DNA of 64,000 nt from Parasitella parasitica NRRL 2501 (lineage: Eukaryota; Fungi; Mucoromycota), in NCBI GenBank assembly GCA_025201805.1, contig MU619301.1:60343-124342 (forward strand), written 5' to 3'. The notes beneath the pieces are model-generated. The model was not told the origin of the DNA and did no database searches. It worked only from the letters and a program-made list of their open reading frames with translations. A program made the position numbers and the translations under genes. How positions within the stretch are numbered: position 1 is the stretch's first letter; the number at the start of each line of letters is the position of its first letter. Shown piece by piece: positions 14,762 to 25,935 of the stretch.

Positions 14762-16562
14762 ATGACTAGCGGAAAAGGCGAAGATCAAAACAATTCAATT
14801 GTTATTTTATCAGACGATGAGGAAGATATGGCCATCAATGAAAATGGCAAAAGGCCTCGTAACGGGAGCCAACCAAATTCAAGAAATAATCAAAGCAATC
14901 TGCTGGATGAAGAAGATGAGGAATACTATGACGATGAGGAGATGGATACTGAGGACGAGGAGTACGCCATGTATGAGCAAGAAGAAAGCAATAGCAACGC
15001 GGCTTATTTGAATCGGTCTTTACCTGAAGATCATGAACCTGTCATTCTCAGTGAACGCGATCAAGTCAACAGCTTAGAAGAAATCCACGACATTATTCAA
15101 GAGCTCAAAGAAAATGTGCTTAGAACAGACATTTTGGTCAAGGACGTTGAAACAAGCTACTCTTGCGGAGGTCCCCTGAATGTAGAAGCGCCCAGTATTG
15201 CGCTCAATGTCACCGGTGTCCCGGGCCCTATTGCGTTTCCCATGATTGACAAGGATGCAGCAAGAATCTTGTCAGCGCACCTTACCATTGAGAATGACAA
15301 AGGAGTGTCAATTGGATTAGACATGGATATCACTCATCTTGAGATCAGCAAGACATTTGACGAGTACTTGAGCGAAGTTTTGCTACTGGATGTGATCGCA
15401 TACCTTGGTGTCGAAAACTTTGTTGCCCAGGATACAAAGCTGGTTGCTAACCAGTTTCATATTCGAACAAATGGTGGAACTTTGCAATTGCCCGAATCCT
15501 TGTAAGGTCCCTGTAATCTCATGTTGTGTTTTCTCTGTCCACTCAATATAAATCCGTTTCTCTCTTCCTTCTCTTAGAAATGAAGACTCGTATGGTACGG
15601 TTGTCCTTATCTTGCCCACTGATTTCAGCGGTGGCGATGTCTTGATTAACTACAAAGATGACAGTATTAAATATCAGCCTGAAGAAACGGCTTTTGAGAG
15701 TTGCTACTATATGGCTTGGTACAATAACGTTGCGGCTAAATTTTACCCTGTTACTGAGGGTCATCAGCTTGCAATCTCCTTTTCCCTGGTACGTAATGGC
15801 ACAGTAGACAAGGCAACAATCGAATATCTGCAGCAAAGACGACAAGAGATAGCTAAAGGCGAATTGTCTCCATCCGAAGCTGAAGAATCGAAAACTTACA
15901 TTGAGCGAGTAATTGACTTTTTCAAAAACAGCAATGAACGGCCCTTCCCCATCTTTTACATGCTAGACTACAGATACACAAATCCTTTGCTTCAAGTGGA
16001 TAAGCTTAAACGGTCTGACAAGCTGCTCGCTAAGGTTTTGAGAAAGGCAGCAGAGGCAGCAGATTTCTTGATGTATCTAGGATCAGTCGAGAGAGAGGTG
16101 GCAGGAAAAGTGTATGAAGATGGCAGACCTCATAATGACGCTGCAAGCACAGAAGAAGGAGACGAATGCCCAATTGATGAAGAAGGGATATATTTGACGC
16201 AAAAGGCCGTTTATGACGAGTATGTCATAAGAAAGCTATACGACGAGCAAGGCAACAACATCCTGAATATCCCCGTCGGCTTGGATTCAAATGACCACCC
16301 GTCCATCATTCAAGGCGCAGTATGGTATTCTCGATGTAAACCTACTGATATTGATTATAGTGGAACAGTCGATGTGGAAGATGCCACTGTAAAATACTAT
16401 TATTCGGAGAGCCAGGTAAAAGCAGGGCTGATTCCGTTGTTTCATAGCATGCTAACGTCTTTTTTTTAATTTTTTTGCGTTTAGGCACTTGTATTTATGC
16501 CCAAGACAAAGCTACCCAGCCTTCTGAAAATGTCCAAAGCTCCTTCCAGCAAAGAAAAGTAA
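14762..16562 (+). CDS. 2OG-Fe(II) oxygenase-fold protein with acidic N-terminus; catalytic residues degenerate
   Basis: LNVTGVPGPIAFPM, YGTVVLILPTDFSGGDVLI, AWYNNV..FYPVTEGHQLAISFSL, YMLDYRYT..LKRSD, YY..ALVFMPK. Introns 15502-15577 and 16416-16484. Confidence 0.75.
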
Positions 16563-16743
16563 CTTGTTTGAAACGCATTCTCTCAAGCATCATCCCTATG
16601 AGATTTTAAATGTATAGCATGAATCATCAGTTTGATAATAACACCATTCCCACATACACTCTATATTATATAATATTCCCTCAGAGTCATAAAAAATAAA
16701 ATAAAAAGTACAATTTTACGCGCTAAAGGTTGGAACAATCATA

Positions 16744-16919
16744 CAGTGCGGCCGGGAAATATTGTCCGTTTTACAAAAATAAATGGCGATTACAAAAAAA
16801 TATTTGTCGTTTACCAGAAAATAAATGGCGCTAACTAGAAAATGATCGGCCGTTCCTCAATTTTTATTGGCCATTTCTCAGATTTACTATGGCCGTTTTA
16901 CGAATTCACTTTGTCGGTT
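16744..16919. repeat. Left terminal inverted repeat of the Tc1 element
   Basis: Reverse complement of 18442-18617; internal AAATAAATGGCG and TGGCC/GGCCG subrepeats. Confidence 0.95.
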
Positions 16920-16975
16920 TACTGGACTGTTCTGTTCGCTATGTTGTAGAAGCATGGACGTAAGCCAACTAACTC

Positions 16976-18397
16976 TTAGAATTCTGTTTTATTCAGGCAA
17001 TTGATGATTTGGCGCTTCGAGTGTCTACAAAATCCACGGAGATCACTTACGCGTACATCGTTGCACGCATCAGCAATTCTTTGTGATAAGTTCTCTTCGC
17101 TTAGCAGCCTATGGCGCTTCATCTTTCCTTTTACAATGGCCCAAAACTGCTCAATTGGGTTCAGTTCTGGAGAATAAGGAGGTAGATACATCACTCGATA
17201 TCCTCTGCTCTCAATCTTTCTCATCATTGGATGCGACTTATGAATAGTACAATTATCCATAACAAGGTAACTGCCCTTCAGATTTGCATCCATGTCCATA
17301 ATATCGAGAAGCTCATTCATGAATTTCACAAAGTGAGCTGTGGTTGTACCTTTGGAAGGCGGCTTGGTTTCTTCTTTCTCAACTTCCACATACTCTATGG
17401 TGGGCTCCTCAATGACAATCCCTCCTGTCTGCTCTTTGCCCCTCGCAAGCTTTCTTTTCTTTGACTTCTCTGCTTGAATTGTTTGAGGCTTCTGTCCTCT
17501 TGGCTTTCTTGGTGGAGGCTTTTTCATGACAACGTGAAGAACACTAGAAGAATGAATGGCGCCAATGATAGTATGTGAGGGGGAGCGAGTCTTTGCAATA
17601 TCAACAATGGCAGGTGTTCCTACTGCTGATCTAGCCCAATTGCTCCTCATGTTGATATTGAATCCAGCCTCATCAATGAAGACGCAGTTTGTGCCGTAAT
17701 CAAGATCAGAATCCTTCCAATTCATGAACCATTCATATCGTTTTTGCAAGTTTTCGGGAGAGTTTCTCGCCTTGGGGTCGAAGGTTGGCTTCTTGATGGA
17801 TATGAGCATATTGTTCCTCAGATGATCATTCATTTGAGACTTCGAGATTTTGAAGTCTTCAAACTTGGATGTCAACATATCAATGATATCGTCAGCACAA
17901 AGCTGCGAGTCTTTTTCAATAACATCCTGGATATACTTCTCATGTTCTCCAGTAAAGGAACTGGGTCTGCCTGCGTTTTTTTCAGATTTCTTGTAGGCTA
18001 CCTCACCCGTCTCGTTATAGTGCTTCCACCAACGCATAGCGGTACGAGGGTTTATACCCAGCTCTTTCGCTGCTGCTGTTACCCTTCCTCTTTCCACAGG
18101 GCCTTCAAGCATTCTTTCAATAAATGTTTCTCTTGTGAGATCATTGTGCTGCTTGTAAGCGCGGTCCGAGACATATTTAGCAACTTTGAAAGGCTTTACA
18201 GAAACATCTTTCATAATGACTTCTTTGTCTTGTGGTTTAAGGGCCAAATATGCTTTCTGGCTGGTAATCGTTTCAAGCACTATGTTGGGATCATTTATAT
18301 TCGTCAATACATCTTCCATTGGATCAATAACCCGCTCTCCACGCTCATCATAGATGTTTTCTTGACCGTCTTCATAATAAAATGTATTTCTACTCAT
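16976..18397 (-). CDS. Tc1-like DD34E transposase (HTH + DDE_3 domain)
   Basis: HTH (VTAAAKELGINPRTAMRWW), FIDEAGF, VMDNCTIH, YLPPYSPELNPIE; 34 residues between the second D and E; uninterrupted 473 aa. Confidence 0.96.
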   Translation of the reverse strand: MSRNTFYYEDGQENIYDERGERVIDPMEDVLTNINDPNIVLETITSQKAYLALKPQDKEVIMKDVSVKPFKVAKYVSDRAYKQHNDLTRETFIERMLEGPVERGRVTAAAKELGINPRTAMRWWKHYNETGEVAYKKSEKNAGRPSSFTGEHEKYIQDVIEKDSQLCADDIIDMLTSKFEDFKISKSQMNDHLRNNMLISIKKPTFDPKARNSPENLQKRYEWFMNWKDSDLDYGTNCVFIDEAGFNINMRSNWARSAVGTPAIVDIAKTRSPSHTIIGAIHSSSVLHVVMKKPPPRKPRGQKPQTIQAEKSKKRKLARGKEQTGGIVIEEPTIEYVEVEKEETKPPSKGTTTAHFVKFMNELLDIMDMDANLKGSYLVMDNCTIHKSHPMMRKIESRGYRVMYLPPYSPELNPIEQFWAIVKGKMKRHRLLSEENLSQRIADACNDVRVSDLRGFCRHSKRQIINCLNKTEF

Positions 18398-18441
18398 ATT
18401 GTTTAGTTACAAAAGTGAAGAAAAGACAGTTACATCATGGC

Positions 18442-18617
18442 AACCGACAAAGTGAATTCGTAAAACGGCCATAGTAAATCTGAGAAATGGCCAATAAAAA
18501 TTGAGAAACGGCCGATCATTTTCTAGTTAGCGCCATTTATTTTCTGGTAAACGACAAATATTTTTTTGTAATCGCCATTTATTTTTGTAAAACGGACAAT
18601 ATTTCCCGGCCGCACTG
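18442..18617. repeat. Right terminal inverted repeat of the Tc1 element
   Basis: Reverse complement of 16744-16919; ends CACTG followed by TA. Confidence 0.95.
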
Positions 18618-18769
18618 TAGCTCTATTGATACTTATAAATTGTGGTCCGAGGCCCGCGATAATAATGCTTCTGGCGGGTCAATTTTTCTCCTTTACATGT
18701 TTGAAATATGTAAATTATATAATCATGAATCAACAACTGATGTAAACGCACTCGCACACTCTTTTCCAG

Positions 18770-19180
18770 ATGAAAGATATCCTCATTGATATTGAAGACA
18801 AAACTGCAGTGGAAGCAGCAGAAAATCAAGGCACCACCATTATTGAAAAGTACCTGTTTTTCGTTGGATTTGCGCTTCCCATTGCATGGTTCATAGGCAG
18901 CAGTTCCTGCGGCAAGGATAACAAGGAAATTTGCTATTCAGCATTTGTATGGAGAAAGAGATGTCGAATCGCAGCCACTGTGAGTCTGACACTGTTGATT
19001 GTTGTTGCAGCCGTTGTCATGGTAGTGAATCCGAGGTTATTTGGTTTGAAAATGGAGTTCACGGGTGCGCAAACATCCTCTGCTTCCAACAATGCTATTC
19101 GGCCTGGAGTTCCCATCATTGGCACAAATGATTGGGGTGACACGGTAGCAGGCATCACAGTGGATGATAACCTCCGGTAA
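18770..19180 (+). CDS. Small membrane protein (LFxxGFxxPxxWxxG...WRxRCR motif, two hydrophobic segments)
   Basis: 136-aa ORF with YLFFVGFALPIAWFIG, WRKRCRIAA and a TM helix; TATA-like element at ~18633. Confidence 0.7.
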   Translation: MKDILIDIEDKTAVEAAENQGTTIIEKYLFFVGFALPIAWFIGSSSCGKDNKEICYSAFVWRKRCRIAATVSLTLLIVVAAVVMVVNPRLFGLKMEFTGAQTSSASNNAIRPGVPIIGTNDWGDTVAGITVDDNLR

Positions 19181-19340
19181 ATGTGTTTCTCCCAATATGA
19201 CTTCGGAATAACCAACCCCGAGCAAACTCATGAAATAAACAGTGGCAACTTATTTAGAGTGGCTCTTCCGCTCGCACTCTTTTTCTTTCTTTCTCTCTTT
19301 CTGTCTTTCTGTCTTTCTGTCTTTCTTTTGTCTTGAAAAT

Positions 19341-22218
19341 ATGTACAGCAGCAATCAGCAATTGCAGCCAGCATCTTTAGGTTCGGATACAAGCAATTTA
19401 TACCAGAAAAATGCAGGAACATCGAATCCTAAACGAACCAGAATTACAAGAGCCTGTAAGTGAGATGCGAGCGCTTATCTTACATGTTGAACTGTGCTCA
19501 TAATAAGATAATAGGCGATACATGCCGACGGAAGAAAATTAAGTGCGTATGCATCACCTCCTTTGACAGCCTAACTAAACACTATTATCATATAAAGATG
19601 CGATGTTGACACGAGACATCCTTGTACCACTTGTAGACAGTACAATTGGGAATGCACATTTTATGACGTAAAGGAATTGATGCAATTGCAATTCAACGAC
19701 AGAGTATTAATTGCACATTACAGACAGCAAAAAAGAGAGGGCCGCCCAAGGGATACATAGAAAGTTTGGAGACTAGACTAGAAAAGATGGAAAAACTACT
19801 GCAAAGGATTGGCAACGATGATGAAGTCGTGAGGGATGTACCTTTGTCTCCCACTACCAGCAAGAAACGAAAGAAAAACCAAGCATTAGATTCTTTACTG
19901 AACCCTGAAAATACCACAGCTGTATCACCTGTCTCGTCAGAGCCTGTGGCTTCAACACCAACGTCCGCATCTTCATCCAGAGTTCAAGATCCAAAGAGAG
20001 GAAAAATAGTGCGGTATCATGGTAGTTCATCAGGTTACTATCTCGTTGGAAATATACTTGATAGCAGCAACCAGCAAGAAGGACGGACTGCCCAGGACAG
20101 CGAGGAGAGTAAAGAATTACAAAAAATGTATGTGGTGCCCTCTCTCAATGGTGGGCAAGATATCCGCTTGCGAAGAGTCAATGTGGACGATGATGATCTG
20201 ATGATGGTGCGAGATACAACAGCGGACGAAGAAGCTTGCCAGCAGGCTGATGATGACCAAGAAGCAATTGATGATATTATACCTCGTTCAGTTTTGACAA
20301 ACCTTGTACACACGTAAGTGTTTTTCTCTCTCTCTCTCTCTCTCTCTCTTTTTCTCTCAACCTGGCCAAGTAATCCTTGGAAATCTTACTGGTCTTTTAT
20401 ATACAGTTATTTTCGAGATGCGCATACAACATTACCAGTATTGGAGAAAGATGAATACCTGGATGCCTTTGAAGGACGGACAACGCCGCCGCCAGCACCG
20501 TTGCTAACATATGCGATTTGTACATACTCTTGCTTTCTACTGAGGACAAACGACAGCATTTTCAAGGAGGCCGGCGTAGAAAGAGATCATATATTCCAAA
20601 CACTGTTGGACAGAGCAACTTTTCTCGTGCGAAAAGAGTATTTGAAGCCTCGTATCGTCACAATCCAAGCTCTCGTGTTACTGTGTGCTCATCCAACCTA
20701 CTCTACAAGTTCATATAGAAATTGGATTTTGGCAGGAATGGCTGTGCGTATGGCTCAAGATTTAGGTCTGCATCGCACATTGACTACAGTGGAAGTGTCG
20801 AGCGATTTCAAAGAAAAGAGAAAGCAATTGTGGTATTCTTGCTATATCACGGACCGCTGGTGCTGTGCAGTAATGGGTCGTCCTTTAGCTATAGCAGACT
20901 CTGACTGTGATGTCGACTTACCGCTGATGCATGGCCCGGATGGAAAAGAGGATCTCACCATGTTTGTCAACTTTGTCAAGCTATCTGGCATTCTGGGCGA
21001 GGTATTGCGCCGCATTTACTCACCTAAAGGCAAGTTGAATGGATACAAGACCAAGGCAATGGAGCAGACAGTGTGGAGCTTACAGAAAATGCTGGAAGAA
21101 TGGTTCCATAACGTACCCAGTGGGTACAAGATTACTGAAAATGACCTGTCTGATTTAAGATACAAGAGCGATCTGTATGCACCAGACTCTAAAAAGATTA
21201 TGGAAGGAGGGCCATTGACCGTTTGTTACCATGCTGTTGTTTTACTACTGCACAGACCCTTCATTGTGCTGGATAACGATCAAGTCAACATGCCTTCTCT
21301 TCCAAGAGCGACTTTACTATGTAGAACTGCTGCCAAGCTGGCGATTGATGTGGCCAGAGCTCTACCTTACATGGCCATTGCCAAGTTTGGATGGAATTTT
21401 GCAGGTATGGTACAAAGACGCATTAACCCTGGATTTGTATTGATCTCTTGTATATACATGTATGTAGCCTATTCCGTGTTTCAAGCTGCCTTGATTCACC
21501 TGTACAATTGCACGAGTTCTGACCCAGACATTGCAAAGGAAGCCAAACAGTATGTGGCAATATGTACTGATGAATGTCTAGCACCTCTAAGTAAAGACAT
21601 CCCTGCTGGCCCACCGTTGATTCCCTTTCTGCAGACTCTGTCAAGCCTGCTGGAACCAGAAGGCACAGATAAAAACGATGGCTCGACACTTGCGGAATCT
21701 TCATCTTCAGCGCAACAACACCAACAGCAGCAACCACAACCACAGCCACATCAATATACATCACAGCAACAGCAACAGCCACAGCCGCATCAATATACAT
21801 CACAGCCACAGCCGCAGCCACAGCCGCAGCCACAGCCGCAGCCACAGCAGCAACCATGCCCACAATCGTATTCTGGAATGTCAGCTCCAGCAGGCGTGGA
21901 TGTTCTTCCCCCAATCATGACCAATATCAATGGTACAAGCACAGGGAGCTTTATGGAAGACTTGAACAATGAAGGAGGCCAATCTTGGCTTTTAAACGGT
22001 AGCAACGGGAATGGGCCGGCATTATCACAAGCCGCATGGCAACAACTGTTTTCTACAGCAGGAACTCCATTTACTGAAAATGCCAATAGAGGGATTGACG
22101 TTCAAGGTACCTTGCCAAAGAAAGCTTGAATATTTCAAACTAATTTGTTTTTTTAAATATTCTAGGCTGGGATAATTTCTTCATGGAAAACCAATCTAAC
22201 ACCATGTTTATGCCTTGA
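19341..22218 (+). CDS. Zn(II)2Cys6 transcription factor with fungal-specific TF domain and Q/P-rich region
   Basis: RACDTCRRKKIKCD..PCTTC..C split by three small introns; AKKRGPPKGYIE; AVRMAQDLGLHR, RKQLWYSCYITDRW, LLLHRPF; last exon GWDNFFME..MP* ends at 22218. Confidence 0.92.
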
Positions 22219-22407
22219 TTCTGATTCAAATTTTAAATCCTTTTAGATACAATAAAAAAACACCACGATACCTTTTTTTGCGCAGCTTGCACTGGCTACA
22301 CCTTTTCTGTATTATGGGCAGTAGACAGCGCACTGCGTTTCAATAAATCTGAGTTTGTTTATAACTTGGAAAAAAAATTTCCAGCTCTTCCTGACACCAC
22401 AACAAAC

Positions 22408-23651
22408 ATGACAACGAATGCACCCTTATACTATGTTCGGTTTTTGAAACCACCGCCCAAAGAATGCCTAGTAGGGCAACCTTTCACGATTGTTTGGACT
22501 ATTGAAAGTGACCTGGGAGACCAAACATGTTGGGAGACAGTACCTGTCTGCATCAGCCTTGAAGGCTGCCCTCAACTCGGATTACGTGAGTCAAGTGGAG
22601 ACCTTAAAGGCAGTCTGAAAAAGAAAGCAGGAGCGCTTGCAAAGCCTTACATGCTGGACAAAGTAGCCCTAGCACGCGAGATACCCTTGGTGTTTGATCC
22701 ATTACGAGGTGGTGGTATTGTCACTAAGTTGGTCATGGAACAAATGCCAGGACGACCATTGCCGCTCAATACCACTGTTGACATCCAGCTTGGCATCAAG
22801 TTGGCCAAAGCAGCCCGCAGTGGGCCAAGTCATAGTATTTGGCAACATGCATATGAATTTCAGTCCATGTGGATAATCCCAACATGGTCAGCACCTATTG
22901 CAGCCACTGTGGCCAAGCAGCGACACGGCGATGTGAAGGAAAGTGGAGATCAGGCAGAAAGGATACTGCTGGCTAATCAGACTCGGGTTTGTATACGGGA
23001 AGATGCGGTGCAAAGCATAGCGAGACATGTATGGTATGCCGAATAAGTTGTATTAATCTTGTTGCAGTGTTGCAGCATACTGAGGAAATTACCTAGGGAC
23101 TGTGGGCTCGGTATGTGTCAATTTCTATCAGAATGCAAGCTTGATCCTGAATACAGCACATTTTTGGAATTAGGTATATATGCACTATTGTGGCATTACA
23201 CAGTAGTTCTCAAATTTATCTAGGGAGTGGCACTGGACTAGTGGGGATCTATGCAGCGCAACTACTAAATCTCAAACAGGTCTACTTGACAGATCTGCCA
23301 GACGCACTGGAAATCATGCAGCAAAACGTCGATTTAATGAGAGATAGCAAGGTTAAAATGCTGGTAAAAGAGCTCTCATGGGGGCCTGAAAAGCAAGATC
23401 AATACAGAGATGTGGACATTGTTCTTTTGACAGATGTGCTCTATAATCAAGGGTCACATAATGTTTTACTGGATACTTTAGACTGGCTGCTAGACAGCAA
23501 TGTCAATTGCAAGGCGCTGCTTAGCTATAAAGAGCGTAACCCTGATGAAAGAGAGTTTTTTTCAAAGGTGGCTCAGAGAAATTGGAAGTGTGAAAGAGTG
23601 GACAACTATCAGCATTTGGTGTGCGAGGTTTACTGGATTACGAAAATCTGA
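22408..23651 (+). CDS. Methyltransf_16 / METTL21-like protein-lysine methyltransferase
   Basis: YYVRFLKPP, ESDLGD, IARHVW|DCG, LELGSGTGLVG, LTDLPDAL, LSWG, LLTDVLYN, YKERN; two introns near 23034-23222. Confidence 0.85.
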
Positions 23652-23751
23652 TTTGTATAGGCATGAATTCTATTACTATGCTGGTCACAGATTAAAACAT
23701 AAAAGAGAAAGAAAAAGTATTTATTATTTAATGGCATGTTTTGGCTTTTTG

Positions 23752-24867
23752 TCAAGACAAGTGCAAAGGAGGAGGACGTCTGACAACAGAGGTTATCTCA
23801 CTTGATACAGCATCGCTCGAACTTACTTGTAGCAGTGCTGTTTCTATCATTTTGTAGATGTAGTGGCCTTCGGACGCATTGTACCCATCTGATTTTAACA
23901 ATGTGATGATTTCTTGGATTTCGTTTTGTGGAACGAGACACTTGAGGATAAAAGAAGGCATGGCCCTGATCTTGCCAAGTATTTCTCTGACCTCTTGTAT
24001 ATTAATTGTATGCGTATAATACGATAAACCCCATGCCTCTCTGGTGTTTATCTTTTCAATAACGATCGTTTCGATTTTGGGGTATTTGTATATGAAATAA
24101 TCGAGCAGATGAGCCTGGTAATCTTGGCCGATTTTGATTTTGAATGTTTTGAGTGTTTCGTTTCTCTTCACAGTTTCTTTCATCCAAGCGCGGATATCCT
24201 GTGGCTCGTCAATATAAGGCAAATGTACTGTCAATTCCTGTAAGCGATTGCAGCCCTTTAGAACGTCCTCTGTGTCTTCAATGTCATGTATATAAGAGTT
24301 GAATGTCAGAGATTTGAGTTTTTCAAAGTCGTCTAAACGCTCAGGCACTACCCATTCATTCATCATGCTTGCCGACTCATAGTCAGTTCCTCGGAAAGTC
24401 AGTTTGACGTCTTCCAACGAGTGTCTCAGTAGATACAAAAGTTTGTCGTAAACATTGCTGTGTGACCAGGCGGCTGGTATTATCCTTAGTTTTTTGACAC
24501 ATCTGGAATCCACAATCTGACGCAGGGCTCGAAAAAATTGGGTTCCTTCAATCGCCCCATCGTAGGTTTCGAGATTGCTGGTGACAGCAAGATTTGAGAC
24601 TTCTCTGAAATAATCGAGACGACAATGTAGAGGTTGTACAGTCAGATGCTTGATTAGATAGCTTTTGTCTGGGTTGCGAGTCAAATAACTGCAAAAAGTC
24701 ATCGCTTCGGACTCCCCATGCATGGTTATACTTTTGGTAGACAGGATGGCCGTTTCTATAAGCCTATCCCATTTTTTGCAAACTAAGCTGCACTGTTCTA
24801 GCTGCTTGAATGAATCAATATTGTTGAATATTTTAACCCATAATTCTGCGGGCAAAAATCTTGTCAT
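23752..24867 (-). CDS. F-box protein (LRR-like C-terminus), intronless
   Basis: LPAELWVKIF..L..CSLVCKKW F-box at the N-terminus; LxxL repeats downstream. Confidence 0.8.
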   Translation of the reverse strand: MTRFLPAELWVKIFNNIDSFKQLEQCSLVCKKWDRLIETAILSTKSITMHGESEAMTFCSYLTRNPDKSYLIKHLTVQPLHCRLDYFREVSNLAVTSNLETYDGAIEGTQFFRALRQIVDSRCVKKLRIIPAAWSHSNVYDKLLYLLRHSLEDVKLTFRGTDYESASMMNEWVVPERLDDFEKLKSLTFNSYIHDIEDTEDVLKGCNRLQELTVHLPYIDEPQDIRAWMKETVKRNETLKTFKIKIGQDYQAHLLDYFIYKYPKIETIVIEKINTREAWGLSYYTHTINIQEVREILGKIRAMPSFILKCLVPQNEIQEIITLLKSDGYNASEGHYIYKMIETALLQVSSSDAVSSEITSVVRRPPPLHLS

Positions 24868-25935
24868 TGCTTCAAGAGGTTAGTGTGTACAAAAAGGAAA
24901 GCAAAAATGGACTTGGATATCACAATTAATGTACTGCGCAATACAATCTACAGCACGATGTTTATGTGCTACGTGTTGTTGCTAGCAAGGAAAGTATACA
25001 CCTTCAACCGACTCGAATGAGCGCGTAAAGTGTCTTTCGAAATATATTCCTTGACGTGTAACCTGTAAATATAGCACCTCTGGTACCAAAGGTTAAAAAC
25101 AATACACCACACCTGATTGTATCGTCCTGTTTTATATTCGATATGCACTTTTACTTTTTTATTTAGTAATTCTCGCTGCAACGGAGATGAATGTGTCTTG
25201 TGATCACATCACTGTACTTTGCATGGAAGTATCGGCTATTATTTTCCATAATTGTGATTCTTTGTTTGTGTCTCAGTACATGTAAACTCTTTACATCGAC
25301 ACTTTACTATATTTTGAAAAACATGTTGCTCTCTCCTTACCACAATCAAAAAAAAAGTGTAGTCCAGATCAGAACTTGTGCCGTAGTGTTGATCAATGAA
25401 TAATTCCGTAAAGCTCTACTCCACAAGAGCTTATTTGTCGATCAGTTCCTGCTCCATATGGCAAAAGCAAAAGCAGAATCTTACAATGTTTATTGCGCAT
25501 AATTTCAGCCAATGATTATTTACATACCTTACGAAAATAAATGTAAAAACAAAGCAACGGTTATTACTGCGGCTGGGAAGGTGCAGGTCATTGAAATTGA
25601 GCGGATGGGTACCTCGAGAACCTGGCGCTTACATCATGCAATCAACCATATGGAACAAGCAGCAATCTTGCAATCTGACAAAAAAAGAGACCAGCCTTTT
25701 ACGTTAATCTGTTCCAGTATAAAGTAGGTATACAGATTCAACGTGACACTGAATGCATTGCTTCTCATTTTAAGCGGGGATTTGTGATTGTCTACCGCAG
25801 TAAAACCTTTGTTTAGACCAAGTATGGTGGTGGAAAATTCGCTTTGCCAAATAAAAACCACGAAAAAATTTGCCACCGAGAGAAGCTTTTCTTTCTTTCT
25901 GCTGTCCACCCATTGCGTCAATACAACAGTTCCAG

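Larger units (their letters stand above)
16744..18617 (-). mobile_element. Intact Tc1/IS630 (DD34E) DNA transposon
   Basis: 176-bp TIRs (16744-16919 and 18442-18617) beginning CAGTGCGGCC, one mismatch seen; TA duplicated at 16742-43 and 18618-19; contains a full transposase ORF. Confidence 0.97.

Noticed and set aside
17744-18406. 220-aa ORF antisense to the transposase
   Set aside because: Shadow ORF with no motif; the same holds for the antisense ORFs over the RP, ADE and ABC genes.
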